A stretch of DNA of 64,000 nt from Thalia democratica (Eukaryota): the NCBI GenBank assembly GCA_965202585.1, contig OZ241827.1, forward strand, positions 72,106,001 to 72,170,000, written 5' to 3'. Positions 25,559 to 38,660 of this stretch are shown here, piece by piece. The position numbers and the translations under genes are program-made. Below the pieces are notes generated by a model that was given only the letters and a program-made list of their open reading frames with translations, ran no database searches and was not told where the DNA came from. The first letter of the stretch is position 1; each line of letters opens with the position of its first letter.

Positions 25559-25703
25559 AACTATACAACTATATACCACACGTCTAGTCCTGGACATGAC
25601 GTTAAACTGTTCTGGTGCATGACTCGATAACCGAAAGGGTTTTTTCGTGCACCAGGTCCTTGAACCAAACTTTTTAAGTGTTTTTTATTGTTCAATAAAC
25701 AAT
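25559..25703. mobile_element. Short insertion (145 bp) with ATATATAA target duplication in the K3 upstream region; possible truncated SINE/LINE end
   Basis: Absent from paralogous 5' flanks (~1280, ~12445); TSD at 25551-25558 and 25704-25711. Confidence 0.5.
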
Positions 25704-25994
25704 ATATATAATAAAGGGTATGCGTTATTAGTTAATTACCTAGCTATATTTTTAGAATGCCATTTTAACTTTATTTGAGTAGAATTAACTTCTACAAATC
25801 AGTTTAAAGAAAATGATTTCTGCTTAAAATTTTATACTGCAACATACAAGAAAAAATTCACAAGAATTTTTGTAAACTGCTTAAAGGTAATAATCAAGTA
25901 CCTTAACTAAAATATACTATAAAAGTATATTGATTTAATAAGATTTGAACAAATTATTTTTAGGCCTGTTGTATCTCTAAAGTTAATTTTTGTC

Positions 25995-27358
25995 ATGGCG
26001 CGAGCAAAAATGATCTGCCGGATAAGAGTACCACCCTTAAAACCTGTTCAAACTAAAGGAAGTATTAGGAGAATGCAAAGAAAGAAAGGAATAATTCATG
26101 CACCATATACCACTGATTTAGAAAAAGAACCGAAAAAGTTGAAGCTTCTAGGTAGGGATATTTCTGTTTTGTATCAAAATAGGTATTGCAAACAGCAAGA
26201 ATTTGATGTGGTTTTGTGCGGACGTCGGGATACTAAAACTAAAAGACTTTCTGAGCATGTAGTGGAACTTAAAGGTAAAAAATTGATAAGTTTGCCTTCA
26301 ATGTTGAAAGTAAAACGTGCCTGTCAGTCTGCAGTAATTGGATCAAATGTTTATAATGTGACAGATGATCAAAACTTTGACTCTGATCCTTCTATTGATG
26401 TTCTTTCCAACAACAATTGGAAAAAACTGACATCTATTCCTTGTCATAAGAAGGACTTTAGCCTTTGTTCTTTTATGCAAAAACTATTTTTCATCAGTGG
26501 TGTCATAGGAGAATCACATAAATACAGACGTAGCCAAACTGCTTTTTGAATGATTGTTTGTGTTTCGACCCTAAAAATAACCAATGGAAAATCAAAGCGT
26601 CTTTGAGACGAGTCAGAACAAAAGCTGCCTCGGCAGTTTTCCGAGGTAAAATTGTCGTTACTGGAGGTGATAATATTGATGAATGTTCTAGAAAATCAGT
26701 GGAAGAATACGATCATCACAAAAACAAATGGACGTACTTACCTAACATGATCATAAGAAGAAGCGGCCATTCCGCATGTAGTATGGGTAATAAACTGTAT
26801 ATAATCGGTGGATGCATGAATACAAGTTGTGAAGTATTTGATAATTTTTCTAGAAAGTTTTCTTTCATCAAGTCGGCATCCGTTGAAGATTATGGCAACC
26901 AATGTGTTTGCTTGGGTAACAAAATAAACGTTTACCGTTTCAATGAGCGCAAAGTGTTTGTATACGATACAGATGAAAACAAATGGGTAATCAGAAGACT
27001 GAACTTCAACAAAAGCAAAGACGATTTCTTGAGCTGTGTTAGATGTCCGAGTACTTGTATAAATGATGTCTCAGAGTCTCTTAGGGTTTCAGAGTCAAGT
27101 TGTTCAGAATACCTGAATAATGAAACGTCAAGACCAGCAAAGGATTCAAGTGAATCCAGCGAAAGTTTTTTTGAAATTCATAATTCAGAAAGTTATTCAA
27201 CTCAAAGTGAGTCTGAAATGTATTCTTTGTCAGATAGTTTTTCATCATCTGCAAGTTTTGCTTCATCTGATAGATCATCAGAAAGTAATGAAGATAATGG
27301 GAATGATTCATCTGAAAATTGTTCGGAACCAGCAGCAAAAAGATTTAAATGGAAATAA
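25995..27358 (+). CDS. Kelch-repeat gene K3; full length apart from a 1-nt deletion in a T5 run at ~26543-26547 (pseudogene or homopolymer error)
   Basis: ORFs 25995-26549 and 26546-27358. One extra T restores ACT GCT TTT TTG AAT GAT TGT (TAFLNDC), colinear with paralogue TPIYLNDC. Ends EPAAKRFKWK. Confidence 0.8.
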
Positions 27359-28595
27359 AACTTGATGAACAAATCCGCTAGGACCTGAAGATTCTTTGAA
27401 ATGTAATGGTTTGTTTAAGGAATTATAACTTATTTACTTCTATAAGAATATTAACTATATATTAAAAACTTTGAAATGCATTCTCAAAGCATTAATCAAA
27501 TTATTATTTTAGTAGTAAATTAATTTTTGTTTTTGTTACTAGCTGTCTAGTTGTGTCACTTAATATTTTCAATTTTATTAAATCTTTTATTAAGATGCTG
27601 GACTACTGTCAATATTTTTGAAACAAATTTAAACTATTTGAAACAAATCTTGATTGATGTAACAGTTCAATTGTTTCATGTGCAATAAGAAGCATTATAA
27701 AGTGGCTTTTTGTTTTTATTTGTTTTATGATAATAAGTTGTCCAAGTGTTTTTATCTTTATAGTTTGTAAGATAAAAGAAGAATTTGCATAAAAAGCATA
27801 ATTCTGAGATTTTTTGTTTGTTTTTGTTTTACAAGTGTTTTTGTATTATAGCTTGTAATCTAGTATAAACTTAGGTTTCAACAAAACAGCTTTAATTTAT
27901 ACTCTTTGTGTTCATTATAAATGTTAACAGTTGTTGTTATAATTTTGAAAATAAACTGTTGTAATGTAAAATAAAAAAACAGTTTTTTTTTAATAGACAT
28001 TTAATTTAAAGGACATTAACCTGCAAAGTGTTGTTTAAGTATTAGATTAAAAGCCGAAGTCTTTTAATGTAAGTCAACTTTATTCTTATATTAATTTATG
28101 TGTTAATTTTTAACTAAATACAAAAACTTTATCTTAAAACATACCAAATTGCACTGCCGTCTGTTTTTAAAACGTTAATCGAAGCCGAACAAAATTTTCA
28201 ATACCAGTTTGCGTTTTTGCTAGTAACTGTTTACTGTTTTAAATGTAAGTTTAACATGTTGCAATATGTTATAATAAGTAATATAAATAACAAGTTACAA
28301 GGCTTGTAGTTCTCATATAAACATAAATGGTCTCGTTTCGCCCGTCGGACTAGGGTAGTAACGACATGTGGAAGTTTTAAAAGTGTACTTTAAAATTACT
28401 CGTCAGTTTTATATTTTCAGGACTAGCTAAGTAAGATAAAAATATTACGACAAGTCGATCGTAAACAATAGTTAAATAAAAGATAACAACTTTATTACTT
28501 CTATTATATAATTAGTTTATAAACTTTAGGTGGATCATCTGCTTTGGTGTTCCATCTGACGTTACGCCTTTGGTCTAGGGGTAAAGTTCCTAAGC

Positions 28596-29021
28596 GGTTA
28601 CATGACAGTTCAAATTTGGACAACTCAAATTCTGACAATTCAAATTCTTGAAAAAATATTTAAAATACTATACCTCAATAAATGATTTGAATTTGAAGAA
28701 AATAAAAAATACATTTGTAGATCTTATTATTATCTACAATCCACTTTTTACTTTTTTTTTAAATCTTATATGTTGTTCAAAATTTTTTTAAATTACTAAG
28801 AATAACTATGTTTTTTACTTTATTAAAACGATATTTCAAATTATGTTTAATTTTTTACGAAAAGAAAAAAATGGTTTGTAGATATTAATATGAGCTACAT
28901 ATGTATTTTTTATTTTTGACAATTATACATTACTTTTTAATTTGTGGTTGTTTTAATTTTTTTTTTCAAGAATTTGAATTATCCGAATTTGAATTTTCCG
29001 AATTTGTTGAGTCGTGCACCC
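28596..29021. mobile_element. Mutator-like MITE, 426 bp
   Basis: ~65-bp imperfect TIRs starting GG with internal AATTCAAATTCGGA repeats; 9-bp TSD TTCCTAAGC/TCCCTAAGC; absent from the paralogous site at ~4695. Confidence 0.7.
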
Positions 29022-29125
29022 TCCCTAAGCATAACTTACTACAGCTCATGGTACTGTGTTCGAGTCCCGTATGCGTCACTTTTAACAAAAGTAAATTATG
29101 TTTTGTTTTGAGCTGTTAATACCCC

Positions 29126-29772
29126 TGTAGTCCTCAAGGGTCTGGGGCAGGAACTACCTTTAATTGGGGGAATTCCCCTTTTTTGTGCTAAACGCTTAGC
29201 GCGTTAAGCTCTTAAGGCTTTTACTGAATTTACCTTACTCATTAGGTTTAATTTAATAATTAATAAGTATGTAATAAAATTATTATAAATAATTTCTTTA
29301 ATGAAGTGAATTTATTGAATATGTGATTTTATTGTAAATGAAAGTAGAAGTGATAAAGCAGCTAATTTATTAATAGAATAAAACTGCCAAAATAAACACA
29401 ACAAACAAACACAAAACTCTACAAATTAAAATGTTCTTAATAAGGTTCTTAAAATCTCTGAATGACACAATCTTAAAATACGAAAATAGGTCTCACTAGT
29501 AACTAATAGTCTTAAATTTTTATGTGCTTCTTGCACGATATTATGGCTCATCTAAGCACAATATAATACATTAATGTACATCAAGATCTTATAAAATGAA
29601 AATAATAAAAAAGTTTTTATAATTAATTCGTGTGCCTCCCGCACGGTATTATGGCTTAACTGAGCGAATTAACAAGCATTGTTAAAGTTTTATTGTTTGT
29701 TGATTTGATAAACAATCGTCTAACGCCCCCTGGCGGTCATTTAAAAACAACAAAATATACATTTTTGTTACA
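29126..29772. mobile_element. Probable solo LTR, 647 bp
   Basis: TGTAG...GTTACA termini; 4-bp TSD CCCC on both sides; the paralogous empty site (4790-4800) has a single CCCC. Confidence 0.65.
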
Positions 29773-32516
29773 CCCCATGCTGTAAATGTATTTTATAACC
29801 TTGTAAAATCAGATTTTATTTTTCTCAATCCGTTACAGGCTTAACTTTATCAAGTTTCAAATTTACTCTGTAGTTTTGCCTTAAGTTTATTTGATTTTAA
29901 GATTATGTAAAGAAAAGCTTTTTTCAAGCAATATTACTTAGCTATTTGTTATCCTAAATTTTAATGATTTTATAGTATCGTATAAAACTTACTTTATTAC
30001 TACAAAACAAACACAATATTGCTTTTACTAACACACTTAGTTGAGTATCAACAAATACCTGTTGGTCTCACAGGCGCACAACTAACAGTGTAGTGTGGAC
30101 CCGCAACTGGAAATAGCAAAATATGACTAAAAAAATAGTAAAGATACGTGATTTTTATAAACTTTTAAAACATCAAAGTAACTTACAAGAAATTTACTTT
30201 TAAAAGACGCATATTGTTTCAGCGGATATTTTTCGATTAGAATTCTAATAATCGTGTTTAAGTAGCCTTTTATTTAAATTTTTCCTAATTTTAATTATCT
30301 AGGAAAAGTTTTCAGTTATCTTTGTTTTATTTAAAGTAAAACACTTCAGGGAGTTTCAAGTGAAGACAAGATTAATTCCTGATATAAAATGAAAACAATG
30401 TTAAATTTCTGAAGTTGCTATTCCAACTGTTTAGTCCAATTTAATCTTAGTTTTTGTAAATTTTAAGTTAGATTTAGTTTTTAATTTTTAATTGAAACTT
30501 AAGCTATTTTTTTTATTAAAATAACCTCTAAATATATATGGCTTTTATCATAGTTAAACTTATGCTTATAAATTTTAGATTGAATGAAAAATATCTATTT
30601 AAACTGGTACTTTTTAGCTAAATTTTAATTCAGTTTATAAAACTTAAACATCTGTATAAAACATTAATAGATTTCTTTACTTAATTAAGTTCAATTTCAA
30701 GAATGTTTTAATCTGTTAACAAATTAATCTCATTCAACTTAGTTAGTTAGTTTTTTTAAATTCTTTTCTTGAAAAATAGTAATTAAAACTTCTCCACTAA
30801 ATCTCTACATGATTTAAAAAGTTTTAAACTTTATATTGTTAATTTTTTGCATATCGTATTTAATTAAAGAACTTTCGACGTAAAAATAACAATCGCATTT
30901 TATACTTTTTATTTTTTAAACAAAAAACAAACTATACACATAAAAATCCTAATGAGTTAAGTTTTAACTTAGTTTAAAAATAACACTATTTGTTTAATTT
31001 TTTCATAGTTTTTTTAGTTTTAATTTATAAGGAATTTGTTTTACAAAATTAATTCAAACTGAGAAAACTTTTCTAGTATTCATCATCATTACAGTCATGA
31101 AAAACTTCTTAACACACAAACAATGCAGTATACTAGTTTTACAGGGTTGTTTTAAAACATTTTTCTTGTTTCATTTAGAAACATGTGGTAAGTAAAATCT
31201 AACATGTAATTGTAAATATATATGAAGTTTTTTGTTAATTAAACTACCGGGACGGGTCAGATTTGCACGAAGGGTCCTTTTTACGCGAGTCCCCAATTTT
31301 GCAAGGAGTCACTTTTGTACGGTTGAATTGTTCAAATCAATTGCTTTAAAGTTTTTACCAAATTATGAAACAGATTTTGCAAAAAATTGTTGAAACAACA
31401 ATTTTGCTTCTACCGTTTGCAGTGACGTAACAATAGTTTTCTCATTTTTTTTAAACATACTATGATATATAAACCTCTACATTTAATGAATATGTTAGCC
31501 GTTGCTCATATGCTTCTTGACTAAATTTTAAAGCTGTTTCAAAACAGTATACATTACTATAAGTTAAATCAAAGTTAAACTGGTTTTGTATTTGTAATAA
31601 AGGTCGTTTTATAAAAAAATATATAACCATTTGATACATCACTTTTATAAGTCTACAATCTTTTAATTTAGAAATTGTGTTAACACAAAAGTTTCAAAAT
31701 ACCATCTGGTTTTCAGTGCAACAAAAAAACGTCCTGTAATTTTTTAATAAACATAGATTAAATTATTAAAACTTATTGTAGGGTGTTATTTACATTTATG
31801 ATGCTAGATTCAAGTCTCCTTTTTATATAAACTGTTTAACAACATTAAATGTATTATTGAGAAACAGAGTAAATGCTTACAAATCTAGGATTTTGTAAAA
31901 TATGTAAAAAATATTTTGTTATATTAAAAAGGTTGAATTATTAAATAAAATCACCAATATTAATTATTAATACATCTTTACTTTTCAATTGTTCTTAAAA
32001 TACCTTTTCAACAAAATAAAACAACACATTAACAACTTATCAAGAGACGTACTGAAAGAAACATTTGTAATACAATAACATAACTTATTGCTTATTCTTA
32101 AATTGTTAAATTAGTTTTAAAAAATTCTAGTTAAATTAGTTGTTTCATAAATATATGAATATATGTAGCTAGTAAAATATTAAGTTGTCAGTTTATTGTT
32201 TGTTGTATGAAAAATAATAATGGGTATGCGTTAATAGTTATTAACCTAGCTATCTTTTTAAAAAACTACTTTAGCTTATTTGAATAGAATTAACTTATAC
32301 AAATTAGTTTTAGTGAAAACGATTTCTGTTTTAAGTTTTTTACTGTAATATACGAGAAGTTCACAAGGTTTTTAAATATTGTTTTTACTTGTTTCAAATA
32401 CTTTAATGTGTTACTAGTCTGTAGTTTTCAAACATTTCTAGTTACAAAAATATATTTAATAATATTTTAGCAACACTACAGGCTTTTTTTTTGTACCTGT
32501 AAAATTTATTTTTGTC

Positions 32517-33930
32517 ATGGCGCGAGGGAAAATGGGACCTGCGTTGGGCAAACCACGTGTTCTCTCAAAAGGAGCAATTCGGAGAATGCAAAGAAAGAAA
32601 GGAATATTTCAAACATCAAATGCCACTGATTTAAAAACAAGCGAAATACCGGGAAAATTAGAGCTTCGAGGCATGGATATTTCTGTTTTGTATCAAAATA
32701 GGTACTGTGACCAGCAGGAATTTGGTGTGGTTTTTTGCGGACGTAGGGATAATAAAACAGAAAGATTTTCTGAGCATGTAGTAGAACTAAAAGGTAAAAA
32801 ATTAACAAGTTTGCCTTTAATGTTGAAAGTAAAACGTGCTTGTAAGTCTGCAGTGATTGGATCAAATGTTTATAATGTTACAGATGCTAAATTTTTTGAC
32901 TCTGATCCTTCTATTGATGTTCTTTCCAACAACAATTGAAAAAAAACTGACATCTATTCCTTGTCATAAGAAAGACTTTACCCTTTGTTCGTTCATGCAA
33001 CAATTATTTTTCATCAGTGGTGTGAATCAAAGGGCTGAAAGATCAGAATATTACAGTCGAGTCAGAATTCCTGTTTACGATTGTTTTTGTTTTGATCCGA
33101 AAAGTAACCAATGGAAAATTAAAGCGTCGATGAGACGGATCAGAACAGAAGCTGCCTCGGCGGTTTTTCGAGGTAAAATTGTCCTGACTGGAGGTGTATG
33201 TAATAGTAATGAAAATTATAGAAAATCAGTGGAAGAATACGATCACCACAAAAACAAATGGACGTACTTACCTAACATGATCAAAAGAAGATGCGGTCAT
33301 TCCGCATGTAGTATGGGTAACAAACTGTTCATAATCGGTGGATATAAGAACAATAACTGTGAAGTTTTAGATAATTTTTCTGGTAAATTTTCCTTAATCA
33401 AGTCGCCATTAGTTGGAGATTATGGCAGTCAGTGTGTCTGCTTGGGTGACAAAATAAACGTTTACCGTTTCAGTGAGCGCAAAAAATTTGTATACGATAC
33501 AGATACAATTAAATGTGTGACCAGAAGACTGAACTTCAACAAAAGCAAAGACGAATGGTTGAGCTGTGTTAGATGTCCGAGTACTTGTAGAAATGTCTCA
33601 GAGTCTCTGAGGACTTTAGAGTCAAATTCTTTAGAAATCTTAACCAGTGAAGCGTCAAAACCTGCGTGTAACTTGAGTGATAATGCCGAAAGATCTTTTG
33701 AAATTTCTAATTTGGATCTTTTAGAAAGTGATTCAACTCAAAGTGGGTCTAAAACTTTTTATTGGTCCGATGATAGTTATCTATCTGATAGTTATACAGA
33801 TAGTTTTACATCATCTACAAGTTACACATCATCTAATAGTTCATTAGAAAGTAATGAGGATAATGAAAATGATTCGTCTGAAAATTTTTTAGAACCAGCT
33901 GCAAAAAAAATTAAAGAAAATGAAATTTGA
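32517..33930 (+). pseudogene. Kelch-repeat gene K4, duplicate of K1 with the same TG-A8 lesion
   Basis: ORFs 32517-32939 and 32857-33930 match K1 except Y>S (MDIY/MDIS) and G>D (DTGT/DTDT). Confidence 0.85.
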
Positions 33931-35255
33931 TGACCGAAGTCCCCTAGGAACTGAAGAACTTATCTTTGAAATATCAAAGAAAATTAGCTTGTGTTAATTA
34001 AACTTGTTAATTTTTGTAATCAGATAAATATAAGTTAAAGTTTTTAAAATGTACGATCAGTGCGTTAAGTGTTTTTTAAGTATAAGTTTTAATTTTTTTT
34101 CTAATTATAAAACAAAATACAATAAAATTTTATATTAATCTAAAAACGTATCAGGTATGTTTATGGTAGTTATATTATGAATAGATTTTTTCACAAAAAA
34201 TGTATTAGAAACACGACGATTTTTGATTTTAGTATACTTAATATTTATCTACTTGAGCAGTTAGAAAAACAAAGGCAAATAAAAATAATTTATACAGAAC
34301 TATAACAAAATTATACTTAAAACATAACGAAGCTATTTGAAACAATTAATGTGTGACAAAATAATTCTAGTTCTTTCATGTGCAAAAAGAAGCATTATAA
34401 TTTTTTTTTTTGCAATGTTTTAGGATAATGAAAGTTTTATAAGTATTACAATTATTTATTTTAAAATTTGTATGCTAGTATTGCCCTAAGTTTCATTTTT
34501 ACAACTTCAATCTATTTTGTTTTGGGTCATTATAAATAAATGTACTTAAGTTGTTATTAAAATCTTGAATAAAATTTGTTATACAAAAACATGTAGGTTT
34601 TATTTCATAGATATTTAATTTAAACAAGATTAACCTGCATAGTATTTTAAGTAATACATTCAAAACAAATTTTTTTTAATGTAAGAAAACTTATTTGTTG
34701 TTTAAGTTCATGTGTTATTTTTTTTCTACGTTTATAGGCTATAGCTAATTTAATTTTATTAATTAAAAAAAATAAAATAAATTCGTTTAATATATACAAA
34801 AAATTTAAATGTTTATTCTTAAGCATACGAAATTGCACTACCGTCTGTTTTTAAAAGTTAATCGAAGCCGAATACTAGTTTGCGTTTTTACCAGTAACTA
34901 GTTATTGTTATAACAAGTTTAACATTTTTGAAGCAATATGTTTCAATCAGTATAAATTACAAGTTACAACGTATGTAGTGATTATGTAAACATAAAAAAA
35001 TGGTCAATAACGTGTGATCCATTGGACTAGGGCAGTGAAGACGTGTGGTTCGGAAAATTTACAAGCATTTAAAAATTACTCCTTAACATAATATTTTCAG
35101 GACTAGTTGAGTGAGATAAAAACATTACATTGATAACAAAAGTTAGATAAGAAACAAAAAATTTTAATACTTTAATTATATTATTAGTTTATTAGTTTGT
35201 TTAGGTCGGGCATCTGCTTTAATGCTCCACCGGACGTTACGCCTTCGGTCTAGAG

Positions 35256-35603
35256 CAGGGGTCGGCATTCTTATGTGACTCGCGGGCCAATTTTCTTAAA
35301 AAAATATGCTCGCGGGCCGCACTATTTAGAAAAAAACCTTTGAGGGCCGTATTTATTTAAAAAGATTCAAGTAATCAGTAAAAAAAAACAATTTAAGACT
35401 AAAAATATAACAAATTAAGTAATATTAGACCATTAGTAAAGATTTTTTATTGAATTAAGAGCTTAAATGTAAGTATTTATTACAAAAAATAAAATTTTTA
35501 TTCTTTTTGAACAGTATATTTTTTGCTGAAAGGAGCTCGCGGGCCGCAGATTTTGACTTAAAGGGCCGCATTTGGCCCGCGGGCCGCAGTTTGCCGACCC
35601 CTG
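35256..35603. mobile_element. Duplicate of the 4330-4677 hAT MITE
   Basis: Same TIR and TSD GTCTAGAG. Confidence 0.92.
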
Positions 35604-36991
35604 GTCTAGAGGTATAATTCCTGAGCAGAACTTACTACAGCTCATATGGTACTGGGTTCGAGTCCCGAACGCGTCACTTTTAAATAAAGTAAATTCTGTT
35701 TTGAATTGAGCTTTTAATGCCCCATGCTATAAATTATATTTTATAACCTTGTAAAAAGCAGATTTTTATTTTACTTAATTTTGTCACACGTTAAATTTTA
35801 TCAAGTTTCAAACTTACTCTGTAGTTTTGCCTAAAAGTGTTTTTGATGTTAAAATAATGTAAAGAAACGCTTTTTTAAGCAATATTTCTTAGGTATTTTT
35901 TATCCTTTTTTTTAATGGTTTTATAGCATCGTGTAAACACTTACTTTACTGCCACAAAACAAACACAGTATTGATTTATTGATTTTACTAACGCATTTAG
36001 TTGAGTATCAACAAATACCAGTTGGTCTCACAGGGGCATCACTAACAGTGGAGTGCGGACCCGCAACTGAAAATAGCAAAAAATAATTAGATTTTATCTT
36101 TTAAAACTTGAAAAACAAAACACAAAAATTCTAGCGCATTTGGTGTTTCAAACTAAACTCAAAAACTCTATCTATAACAAAAGTTATGCAAGTATACGCA
36201 AGGAAATTTGAAGGGTTTTTGGTTTGTTAAAATTTTGATGTCTTTAAAAATTTATAATCAATGTTTAAATAAAATCTTTTATAAAACTATTTGAACATAA
36301 AAACATATAATTGCTTTCTTTATTGTTTAAAATTGTTTTTTAACTAATAACTTAATAAATTTATTTAGTATTATTGTCAATTTAAAAGATTTTTTTCGTA
36401 AGATAAATCAGTTATGTATTTTAGTAGGTTTTTTATCAACATCCTAGTAAACTTTAAAAATTAAAATACTTAAGGGCGCATGGAAAAAATTTGTACACAT
36501 TTTTAAATTCTCACATTTTGTAGATTAAAAAAAGACTACTAAAACCTTTATAGTATACGCGCTTTTTCAAAAAAAAAGAATAAAACTAACACTGAACTCT
36601 ACTTGTGCAAAACAAACAACATTTAGTTTTTTGATGCTTGATATTTTGAAATACGCTTTTAATTTGGTTGCAGTTCACAATAGTACTTCCTAGATCACAA
36701 TAATACTAAATCAATTTATTACGAATTTGCTCGAGTTTTTCAAATTATTACATGTTAGTTTTTTAAATTATGCTACCCTTAAGTACAATTTTTTAACAAG
36801 TTGAAACTAGAAAGGATTGTTTAGTAAAATGGACTTGTCCATCACTAACTTAAGGTTTCATTAGTTTCAAAACAAAACATATTCAAACAGAAATGATGAC
36901 AGATTACATAAGGTTTTTTAATAATTAAGTATTTTAATACACTTTACTGGCCTTATAAGAAAATAACTGTAAAATACTTTGAACACATCCG

Positions 36992-37175
36992 AGAAGACTA
37001 AACTTCAACAAAAGCGAAGACGATTGGCTGAGCTGGGTTAGATGTCCGAGTACTTGTAGAAATGATGCTTCAGAGTCTCTCAGGATTTCAGAGTCAAGTT
37101 CTTCTGGATACCTGAACAATGAAGTGTCAGGACCGGCAAACGATTCAAGTGAATCTGGCGAAAGTTCCTTTGAAA
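36992..37175 (+). pseudogene. Duplicate of the 6067-6250 fragment
   Basis: Same sequence at offset 30925. Confidence 0.75.
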
Positions 37176-38181
37176 GGTTTCTATCAAACAGTTTTAATTT
37201 ATACTGTTTGTGTTCATTATAATCAAAAGTTTTTCTGTTGATGTTGTATTTTTGAAAATAAACTTTATAAAGAATTTTTTTTTATTGAAATAGATATTTA
37301 ATTTAAACAAGTTTAAGCTGCATAGTATTGTTTAGTATTAGATTAAAAGCCGATGTCTTTTAATATAAGTTAACTTGTTTGTTATTTTAGTTCATGCGTT
37401 AATTTTTTACTTAACATAAAAACTTTATATTAAAACATACCAAATTGCACTACCGTCTGTTTTTAAAACGTTACTCGAAACCGAACTAAATTTTCAATAC
37501 CAATTTGCGTTTTTTATAGTAACTATTTAGTGTTTTAAATACAAGTTAAACATGTTAGAAGCAATATGTTTTAGAAAATAATATAAATTACAATTTACAA
37601 AGCATGTAGTGTTCATATAAATATATAAAACGGTTAATAATGTGACAACTTAAACCATTGGATTAAAGCTGTGACAATGCGTGGAAAATTTACAAGTATT
37701 TTTAAAAGTTCCTACTTAGTTCTAAATTTTCAGAAGTAGTTAAGTAAGATAAAAAGATTAAAACAAATCGATTGTAAACAAAAGTTAAATAAAAAATAAC
37801 ATCTTATTTTAATATTAGTTTATAATTTTGTTTAGGTGGAGCATTTACTTTAATGGTCCAACTGACGCTAGCTAAGGCAGCGGTTTTTAACCTTTTTTCA
37901 TATTTTACCTCTTTTTAAACAGTAATTACCAAGGTTACCCCCAACTTACAAAATAATGTTTAATTTTCAGAAGATAAAAACTAGATTTTTTGAACTTTAA
38001 GCTTATTATATAAAAAAAACCGTAAAACTAAGATAGTTTATTAACTAAAAAACAAAACACAGTTCAATACTAACTTAAAATCTAAAAAGACAACTATTAA
38101 ACATTAATTTACACAACATATATAACAAAATACTCCCTAAAACGAGGCAATTTACCCAACTTAAGGTTTGCTGGTCTAGAG

Positions 38182-38660
38182 CAGTAGTCGGCACGTTGTA
38201 CACTGGTGCACACTAGTGTACATGAAATTTCCTTTAGGGTGCACGAGACTTTTGGGGTGCATGAAACTTATTTTGGGGTACATGAATTTCTTTTTGGCGC
38301 AGAAACTAAATTAAAGTTCTTTTTTAATATTTCTACATTTAAAGCATATTCAACCTTGATATTTAATTTACCATTTTGTTGTAAATAAAACGACCATTTT
38401 TGTACTCTCCTAGTTCTATTCTGTTATATTATGTAAAATTTCTTCTATCCCTAGCCTAGAAATGGATAGGGTAAACTGTTAAATTTAAATATAGCGTGCA
38501 CAAATTAATTTGGTGTTACCGAATTATAATTAAAAACAACCATTAAAAGTGTTTACATATTCTTAAACACCCGCGGCGCTGAAGAATGCAAATTGAGGTG
38601 CACAGCACTTTAATTTTGTTATTTAGGGTTCACAGATTCGAAGTAGCGTGCTAACCACTG
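38182..38660. mobile_element. Duplicate of the 7258-7736 hAT MITE
   Basis: Both TSDs GTCTAGAG intact (38174-38181, 38661-38668). Confidence 0.85.

Larger units (their letters stand above)
23530..30120 (+). repeat. Older ~6.6-kb tandem unit (flank + K3 + flank), paralogous to ~30180-36100
   Basis: 23540 GAAGTTTAATTTTTAAAGAC..AGCGGATATTTTTCG matches 30190; 24300-25990 resembles 30930-32516; 27950-28600 and 29780-30120 resemble 34600-35250 and 35720-36080. Confidence 0.8.
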
